From Candidatus Saccharibacteria bacterium UBA3304 (lineage in GTDB: Bacteria > Patescibacteriota > Saccharimonadia > Saccharimonadales > Saccharimonadaceae): DNA of 64,000 nt. The stretch lies in contig DESW01000014.1 of assembly GCA_002361425.1 (NCBI GenBank), positions 376-64,375 on the forward strand, read 5' to 3'. The translations under genes and the position numbers were made by a program. Positions 26,339 through 34,798 of the stretch are shown here, in pieces (within the stretch, counting starts at the first letter, position 1; every line of letters begins with the position of its first letter). The notes under the pieces were generated by a model. It was not told the DNA's origin. It made no database searches and saw only the letters and a list, made by a program, of their open reading frames with translations.

Positions 26339-26423
26339 AGAAGGTGTTAGCATCGGACGGGAAGTTGAGAGATCCGCCTGATGCGCAAGATAGGCCCTAA
26401 TCTGCGAAGGGGCTTATTTTTTT
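26339..26423 (+). ncRNA. candidate small RNA (about 85 nt) with its own promoter and intrinsic terminator
   Basis: 12-bp hairpin 26350-26384 (gcatcggacggg/tccgcctgatgc). Terminator stem 26387-26397 / 26409-26420 plus a T-run to 26423. The downstream gene has its own TGCTATACT promoter. Confidence 0.45.
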
Positions 26424-26441
26424 ATCTGCTATACTGGACGG

Positions 26442-26975
26442 ATGGAAGATTTTAAAACGATTGAAGGCGCAACCGCTTTATTTAAGGCGAAGAATGCGCT
26501 AGGTAAAGAAAACTGTATCTTTGTACTTTACCTAGATACTCAGCATGAAGGTATGAAATATGGCATCGCTGGCGGTATGGCTGGCGGCCTCGCAGCCGGT
26601 CTCGGCGTAGGTGTTGGTGTTTATAAAAACACCTCAGCTTGCGAACAGATTCTCGCTGGTGACTACAAGGGCCTCCTTGTAAACGCTACTGAAAAAGGCC
26701 TTCATCTTATTGCTTTGCAGGGCAAGGGCGGCGCAATGCTTCGTATTCAGCCAGATAAGCTCACGCCAGAGCTGGATCAGTATATGTTCCTCGATTATGG
26801 CCTTATTAAAGGTATCGAGGTAAAGAACTTCAGCTTTATCCAGAAGAAAGTCCAGAAAGTTCGTATCTCTTATGGCGATAAGGCGAAGATGTTCCTCCTC
26901 GGTAATGTTGCGGAGAAAAACATTCCTTATCAGGCAGAGAACTTCGCAAAGTTTGCCGCAAAGTATAAAAAATAG
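26442..26975 (+). CDS. hypothetical protein with Gly-rich hydrophobic segment
   Basis: 177 aa with a GIAGGMAGGLAAGLGVGVGVY segment. TATACT (26430-26435) lies 6 nt before the ATG. Confidence 0.55.
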   Translation: MEDFKTIEGATALFKAKNALGKENCIFVLYLDTQHEGMKYGIAGGMAGGLAAGLGVGVGVYKNTSACEQILAGDYKGLLVNATEKGLHLIALQGKGGAMLRIQPDKLTPELDQYMFLDYGLIKGIEVKNFSFIQKKVQKVRISYGDKAKMFLLGNVAEKNIPYQAENFAKFAAKYKK

Positions 26976-26984
26976 TATTTTTAG

Positions 26985-27014
26985 GCCGTCCGACTATCAA
27001 AGGGCGGCTTTTTT
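26985..27014 (+). terminator. intrinsic terminator
   Basis: gccgtcc ... gggcggc followed by T6. Confidence 0.7.
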
Positions 27015-27032
27015 ATGGTAAAATAGCGTCAT

Positions 27033-27106
27033 GGTGCGTTGGCGGAGCAGTTACGCAGCGGTCTGCAAAACCGCGTAGACCAGTGCAACTCTGGTACGCA
27101 CCTCCA
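27033..27106 (+). tRNA. tRNA-Cys (GCA), CCA encoded
   Basis: Cloverleaf by hand: acceptor ggtgcgt/acgcacc, D arm gcgg-agcagtt-acgc, anticodon arm gcggt-ctGCAaa-accgc, T arm accag-tgcaact-ctggt, discriminator t + cca. D and T loops are non-canonical (see findings). Confidence 0.8.
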
Positions 27107-27124
27107 AGATTATTTAGGTCAGTG

Positions 27125-27211
27125 GCCCGAGTGGCGGAATTGGTATACGCGGCGGACTTAAAATCCGCTTCCTTTACCGGATTATGAGTTCGAGTCTCAT
27201 CTCGGGCACCA
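27125..27211 (+). tRNA. tRNA-Leu (TAA), type II with long variable arm, CCA encoded
   Basis: Acceptor gcccgag/ctcgggc, D loop with GG, anticodon arm gcgga-ctTAAaa-tccgc, long variable arm, canonical T loop ttcgagt. Confidence 0.9.
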
Positions 27212-27223
27212 ACCCCTAGAATC

Positions 27224-27243
27224 GACCCTATTGGGTCTTTTTT
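27224..27243 (+). terminator. intrinsic terminator after the tRNA-Cys/tRNA-Leu unit
   Basis: gaccc-tatt-gggtc followed by T6. Confidence 0.6.
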
Positions 27244-27267
27244 GTTGTTTTATTTACAATATGAAAT

Positions 27268-27282
27268 TGAAAATCATTTTCA
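27268..27282. promoter_or_regulatory. Fur/Zur-box palindrome upstream of zur-znuACB
   Basis: TGAAAAT-C-ATTTTCA is a perfect 7-1-7 palindrome, embedded in gaaattGAAAATcATTTTCattttc. It overlaps the -35 region of the TACTAT (27300-27305) promoter. Confidence 0.75.
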
Positions 27283-27311
27283 TTTTCGATAAAACGCGCT
27301 ACTATAGATAT

Positions 27312-27698
27312 ATGACATATAACACGCGTCAAAAAGAAGCAATTATATCTTTAATCCAATCGAAAAAGACTGATTTTTCCGTAAAAGAAATCTATCAAGA
27401 GCTCGTAAAAAGTGGCGAAGAAATCGGCCAAACTACTATTTATCGCATTATTGATGGCTTAGTCGCAGACGGCCAGCTACAAAAAACGCTCGGCAGTGAT
27501 GGTTCGGCGCGCTTCCAATTTTTAGAAGCCTGCGATCACTTCGGTCACTGTTATCTCAAGTGCAACGATTGTGGCAAGCTTGAACATGTCGACTGCGAAG
27601 ACCTTTGTGACCTTACGGAGCATATCAAGCGCCAGCATAAATTCGCTGTTGATGAAGCAAATATTGTAATTAGTGGAAAATGCAGGAGTTGCCAATGA
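27312..27698 (+). CDS. zur: Fur-family metalloregulator (Zur-like)
   Basis: 128 aa with a winged-helix N-half (RQKEAIISLI...TIYRIIDGL) and C-terminal HCYLKCNDCG...SGKCRSC Cys clusters. Start moved to ATG 27312, 6 nt after TACTAT; the ORF-track start 27231 (TTG) runs through the operator and promoter. Confidence 0.8.
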   Translation: MTYNTRQKEAIISLIQSKKTDFSVKEIYQELVKSGEEIGQTTIYRIIDGLVADGQLQKTLGSDGSARFQFLEACDHFGHCYLKCNDCGKLEHVDCEDLCDLTEHIKRQHKFAVDEANIVISGKCRSCQ

Positions 27699-28633
27699 AA
27701 ATGAAAAAAGTTTGGGCGTCACTGGCATTGGTAGCGGTAGTTGCCGGCGTTTTTTGCGCCATGGTTTTCCTGAAGCCTCAACCAAAGAAGGACTTTAGTG
27801 TTGTAGCCACTAACTTTATTGGATATGATGTTGCACGCGCAGTCATGGGTGATTCCGGCGAGGTAAAAATGCTCTTAAAGCCTGGCTCTGAAATGCATAA
27901 TTACGAGCCGACACCTCAGGATATTATTGATATTTCTGAAGCTGACTTCTTTATTTATGTCGGCGGCGAATCCGACGAGTGGGTTGACGGTGTTCTAAAG
28001 GACAACAATATCGGCGAAGAAAAGACGATTCGCTTGATGAACTTTGTTGGCGTTGAACTTGAGGAATTCAAAGAGGGTATGACTGGCGAGAAGGAAGAAG
28101 ACGCTGAGTTTGATGAGCATATTTGGACTAACCCATTAAACGTTGCTCGTATGGTTGAGGCCGTACGCGATCGTTTTATTGCGAAGAAGCCAAGGCGCAC
28201 TGATATTTTCACTACGAACGCAAAGGAGTACACTGAGAAACTCACTAGCATCAACTATCAAATTCGCGACATCGTCAGTAAAGCTAAACGCAAAGAACTC
28301 ATCTTTGCTGATCGCTTCCCATTCCGTTATCTTACGGTCGAGTATGGCTTGGAATATTATGCTGCCTTCCCGGGTTGCGCCGAGCAGACTGAAGCTAGCA
28401 GCAGTACGATTGCCTTCCTAATTAATAAGGTAAAAGCTGATAATATCCCGGTGATTTTGAAAATTGAGCTTACAAGTGATGCGCTCGCGCAAACTATTGC
28501 CAATGAGACTGGCGCGAAGATTATGACGCTCAATTCTGCGCATAATATCTCGCAAGAAGATTTCAAAGCTGGCAAAACCTATGCCGACATCATGCAAGAT
28601 AACCTTGAAGTCTTGAAGGAGGCGCTTAACTAA
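27695..28633 (+). CDS. znuA: metal (Zn/Mn) ABC transporter substrate-binding protein, cluster A-I (ZnuA/TroA-like)
   Basis: Signal/TM MKMKKVWASLALVAVVAG, then the typical ...SEMHNYEPTPQD... and ...DEHIWTNP... metal-ligand regions. AGGAG SD and ATGA overlap with the zur stop. Confidence 0.8.
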   Translation: MKMKKVWASLALVAVVAGVFCAMVFLKPQPKKDFSVVATNFIGYDVARAVMGDSGEVKMLLKPGSEMHNYEPTPQDIIDISEADFFIYVGGESDEWVDGVLKDNNIGEEKTIRLMNFVGVELEEFKEGMTGEKEEDAEFDEHIWTNPLNVARMVEAVRDRFIAKKPRRTDIFTTNAKEYTEKLTSINYQIRDIVSKAKRKELIFADRFPFRYLTVEYGLEYYAAFPGCAEQTEASSSTIAFLINKVKADNIPVILKIELTSDALAQTIANETGAKIMTLNSAHNISQEDFKAGKTYADIMQDNLEVLKEALN

Positions 28634-29307
28634 TGCCGCTTCTGACGCTTAAGAAACTTCGCCTTGGCTACGATGATAAAACTATCATAAAAGATGCTAG
28701 CTTCGCGCTAGAGCAGGGTGATTTTGCTTGTGTTGTTGGCACGAATGGTTGCGGTAAAAGTACGCTCATTCGCGGCATCCTTGGCCTCATTAAACCGCAG
28801 TCCGGCACGATAAAGTACGACAATCTCGATCATACTCAGATTGGCTATTTGCCTCAAGAAACGCGCGTTGATGCGAATTTCCCGGCTACGGTCGAAGAGA
28901 TTGTTTTGACTGGTTGTCTCGGCCATATGAAGATGCGCCCATTTTATTGTCATAGTGAACATAAACATGTACACGAGAGTCTAAAGAAGCTCGGCATTGA
29001 CGCGCTCGCGAAGAAAAGTTTTGTTGATTTGTCTGGCGGCCAAAAGCAGAAGGTCTTACTTGCACGCTCGCTTTCCGCGACTAAAAAACTCCTTATTCTC
29101 GATGAGCCTTCTAACAATCTTGATTTCAAGTCACGCAAAGATTTCTATGCCACTCTCGGCAAGCTCAATAAAGAGCACGGTTTGACGATTATGATGATTA
29201 CGCATGACCTCGATGCCGATGATCTCATTGGCAATAAAGTCATCGCGATTAAGGATGGTGTTGTAAATATTACAACAACTAAAGAATATCTCAGGAGCTA
29301 CCGCTAA
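28633..29307 (+). CDS. znuC: metal ABC transporter ATP-binding protein
   Basis: Walker A GTNGCGKST, signature LSGGQKQ, Walker B LLILDEP. Confidence 0.85.
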   Translation: MPLLTLKKLRLGYDDKTIIKDASFALEQGDFACVVGTNGCGKSTLIRGILGLIKPQSGTIKYDNLDHTQIGYLPQETRVDANFPATVEEIVLTGCLGHMKMRPFYCHSEHKHVHESLKKLGIDALAKKSFVDLSGGQKQKVLLARSLSATKKLLILDEPSNNLDFKSRKDFYATLGKLNKEHGLTIMMITHDLDADDLIGNKVIAIKDGVVNITTTKEYLRSYR

Positions 29308-30113
29308 TGTTTGATATGTTTACTTATCCGTTTATGCAGCGTGCATTATTGGTCGGCTTAATGATCGCTATCTGCGCTGCTCTCGTTGGTGTTTCGCTTG
29401 TTCTTCGCAAGAACTCAATGATCGGCGATGGCCTTAGTCATACTGCTTTTTCGGCCTTTGCGCTCGCGACGGTACTTGGTTTGACGCCACTTTACTTCGC
29501 TTTGCCGGTTGTAATTATCGCTTCATTCTTCGTTTTGCGCCTTAGTCAGAATCGCAAGATGCACGGCGATGCGGCAATCGCAGTTCTATCGGCTTCCAGT
29601 CTTGCGATTGGCACTATGGCGATTTCCGTCTCGAAGGGCGTGAATATTGATTTAAATAGCTACTTATTTGGTAGTATTCTCTCGGTTAGTTGGGGCGATG
29701 TATTACTAAGCGCTATTCTTGCAGTGGTTGTCATTCTGCTATACTTATTTGCTTATCATCGCATCTTTGCGATTACTTTTGACGAGGAATTCGCGAAATC
29801 AGTTGGCGTTAAAACAGGTGTTTACGACGCGATTTTTGCAGCTATCTGCTCGGTCGTGGTCGTACTCGGCATGCGCCTGCTCGGCTCGTTATTGATTTCT
29901 AGCCTAGTTATTTTTCCGACTCTCAGCGCCATGCGCCTATGTCGCACCTTCAAGGGCATCGTCTTTACTTCTGTAATTATCTCGATTATTGCATTTGTGG
30001 CTGGCCTAATGGCGTCCTATACTTTCGCTACACCAACCGGCGCAACAGTGGTAATTGCGAACTTAATTATCTTTGTGATTGCATATCTTATCGAAAAAAT
30101 CCGAAAGTGCTAG
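29307..30113 (+). CDS. znuB: metal ABC transporter permease
   Basis: 268 aa with about 8 TMs, ABC-3 family-like. ATG overlaps the znuC stop. Confidence 0.8.
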   Translation: MFDMFTYPFMQRALLVGLMIAICAALVGVSLVLRKNSMIGDGLSHTAFSAFALATVLGLTPLYFALPVVIIASFFVLRLSQNRKMHGDAAIAVLSASSLAIGTMAISVSKGVNIDLNSYLFGSILSVSWGDVLLSAILAVVVILLYLFAYHRIFAITFDEEFAKSVGVKTGVYDAIFAAICSVVVVLGMRLLGSLLISSLVIFPTLSAMRLCRTFKGIVFTSVIISIIAFVAGLMASYTFATPTGATVVIANLIIFVIAYLIEKIRKC

Positions 30114-30150
30114 CATTTTTGAGATTCGCGTGTTATAATCAATAGCAGTT

Positions 30151-30226
30151 GCGGGTTTAGCTCAGTTGTTAGAGCGCTTCCTTGCCAAGGAAGAGGTCGA
30201 GAGTTAGAGTCTCTTAACCCGCACCA
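30151..30226 (+). tRNA. tRNA-Gly (GCC), CCA encoded
   Basis: Acceptor gcgggtt/aacccgc, D arm gctc-agttgtta-gagc, anticodon arm cttcc-ttGCCaa-ggaag, T arm gagag-ttagagt-ctctt. The D loop has GT instead of GG and the T loop has TTA instead of TTC. Confidence 0.85.
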
Positions 30227-30275
30227 TTTTTTTATGCTATGATTTTTTATACGGCGGCGTATTCTTCTAAGATTT

Positions 30276-30303
30276 AGCCCTGGGATTACTCCCGGGGCTT
30301 TTT
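30276..30303 (+). terminator. intrinsic terminator 50 nt after tRNA-Gly, immediately upstream of the htpX promoter
   Basis: agccctggg-attact-cccggggct followed by a T-run. Confidence 0.75.
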
Positions 30304-30323
30304 AGCGTGCTATAATAATAGAT

Positions 30324-31182
30324 ATGGCAGTTTCCATGCGCAAGCAGATCGCGCAGAATAAACGCAACACTATTTTTATTATCATCGTTTTTGTTGCTTT
30401 CATTTCGCTAATTGGCGGCATTTTTGCCTGGCTCTACGACAATCCTTCCGTCCTTATTACGACTGCAATTATTTCCGCTGCCTATGCTTTAATTCAGTAT
30501 TTCTTAGCAGACAAACTTGCAATTCTTGGCACGGGTGCGCGCCAAATCGAAAAGGTTGAAAATCCTCGCTATTACAAGATTGTCCAGCAGCTTGCCGAAG
30601 ATGCTAAGCTCCCGATGCCTAAGGTTTATATTATCGACGACCCAGCGCCGAATGCTTTCGCGACTGGTCGCGACCCACAACATGCCTGCGTTGCTGCTAC
30701 GACTGGCCTACTTGAAATTATGGATGATAAAGAGCTCCGTGCAGTAATGGGGCACGAATTATCGCATGTAAAGAACTACGATATTCGCGTTAATATGATT
30801 GTCTTTGGTCTCGCTTCTATCGTTGGTCTTATTTCCGACATGGGCCTTCGTATGCTTTTTTGGAGCGATCGCGACGAAGAAGATAACTCTCCAGTCGGTG
30901 TTTTATTCGCGCTTATTACGCTCATTCTCGCACCATTCGTTGCCACTATGATTCAGCTCGCAGTTTCGCGTCAGCGCGAATATCTTGCCGATGCTTCGTC
31001 GGCTGCGCTTACTGATACCGATGACATGATTGATGCTCTTCGCAAACTTGATACTCATCACCGCCCAATGCGCCAGCAGAACGTTGCGGCGGAAGCGCTT
31101 TTTATTGCTGGCCCTCTGAAAAAATCGATTATTAGTAAAATTTTTGCAACCCACCCACCGCTAGAGGCGCGCATAGAAAGGC

Positions 31183-31202
<20 letters not shown>
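30324..31202 (+). CDS. htpX: zinc metalloprotease HtpX (M48)
   Basis: 292 aa with TM segments, HELSHV zinc motif and a downstream EYLAD glutamate. Confidence 0.9.
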
Positions 31203-34207
<3,005 letters not shown>

Positions 34208-34208
34208 T

Positions 34209-34622
34209 ATGAAAATTTGTGTTTCTTGCAGCCTTAGCTTTCCTGATGAGGTTCAAGCCGTCGCAGATGAGCTCAAAAAACTGGGTCACGAAGTAGATTT
34301 ACCGAATGGTATTATGAACCGCGCCATCGAGCAAGCAGATTTTGATGCGGTTTCCGCCAAGCATGATGGTGGCTACGACGCAATGCGTGCACACTTCACT
34401 AAAATCCGTGAAGCCGATGCGCTCCTCGTCTGCAACTTTACAAAGAAGGGCATCGATAACTACATTGGCGCCAATACTTTTCTCGAAATGGGCTATGCCT
34501 ACTCATTGGAGCTTCCAGTCTATACTTATAACCCCCTTCCGGACCAACCATATATTAACGACGAGCTCCGCGCCTTCGATGTCATCGAATTAAGTAAAGA
34601 TTTAACTAAAATACATAACTAA
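34209..34622 (+). CDS. nucleoside 2-deoxyribosyltransferase-like small Rossmann protein
   Basis: 137 aa. ...EADALLVCN...YIGANTFLEMGYAYSLELPVY... resembles the G.....E.G.A motif of that superfamily. Weak. Confidence 0.4.
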   Translation: MKICVSCSLSFPDEVQAVADELKKLGHEVDLPNGIMNRAIEQADFDAVSAKHDGGYDAMRAHFTKIREADALLVCNFTKKGIDNYIGANTFLEMGYAYSLELPVYTYNPLPDQPYINDELRAFDVIELSKDLTKIHN

Positions 34623-34623
34623 T

Positions 34624-34728
34624 CGACAGTAATCTCTGAAAGCTTTGCGCAGGCTACGGCCGAGCAAAAGCAGTCGTCGCCCGTAACGACGGGCCGACGA
34701 ACTGCTGCGCTTTTAGAGATTACTGACG
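34624..34728 (+). repeat. GC-rich nested-hairpin element, copy B
   Basis: 15-bp outer helix cagtaatctctgaaa/ttttagagattactg and gcgca/tgcgc. 5' internal loop with ACGGCCGAG. 15-bp bulged hairpin gcag-tcgtcg-cccgt-AACG-acggg-(c)-cgacga-(a)-ctgc. Confidence 0.75.
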
Positions 34729-34754
34729 GTTAGAGTATATGTATTTTATTTAAA

Positions 34755-34781
34755 TTAGCACTCTTGCATTCCGAGTGCTAA
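34755..34781. promoter_or_regulatory. CIRCE operator (HrcA-type inverted repeat) overlapping the clpC promoter
   Basis: TTAGCACTC-ttgcattcc-GAGTGCTAA. This is an exact match to the consensus TTAGCACTC-N9-GAGTGCTAA. Confidence 0.85.
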
Positions 34782-34792
34782 TTGACTATAAT
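34764..34792 (+). promoter_or_regulatory. clpC promoter (-35 TTGCAT, 17-nt spacer, -10 TATAAT), leaderless-type
   Basis: TTGCAT 34764-34769 lies inside the CIRCE spacer. TATAAT 34787-34792. ATG 34799. Confidence 0.7.
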
Positions 34793-34798
34793 AGGGGT

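Noticed and set aside
26339-26423. The candidate small RNA as SRP (4.5S) RNA, a fluoride riboswitch or a c-di-GMP-I riboswitch.
   Set aside because: It has no GNRA-capped domain IV with AGG/AGCA symmetric-loop residues. Superficial GGxGA...CCGCC..TGATG similarity to the fluoride motif does not give the required pseudoknot, and the downstream gene is not crcB. It has no GGCAAACC or ACGCAAAGC tetraloop-receptor signature. It remains unassigned.
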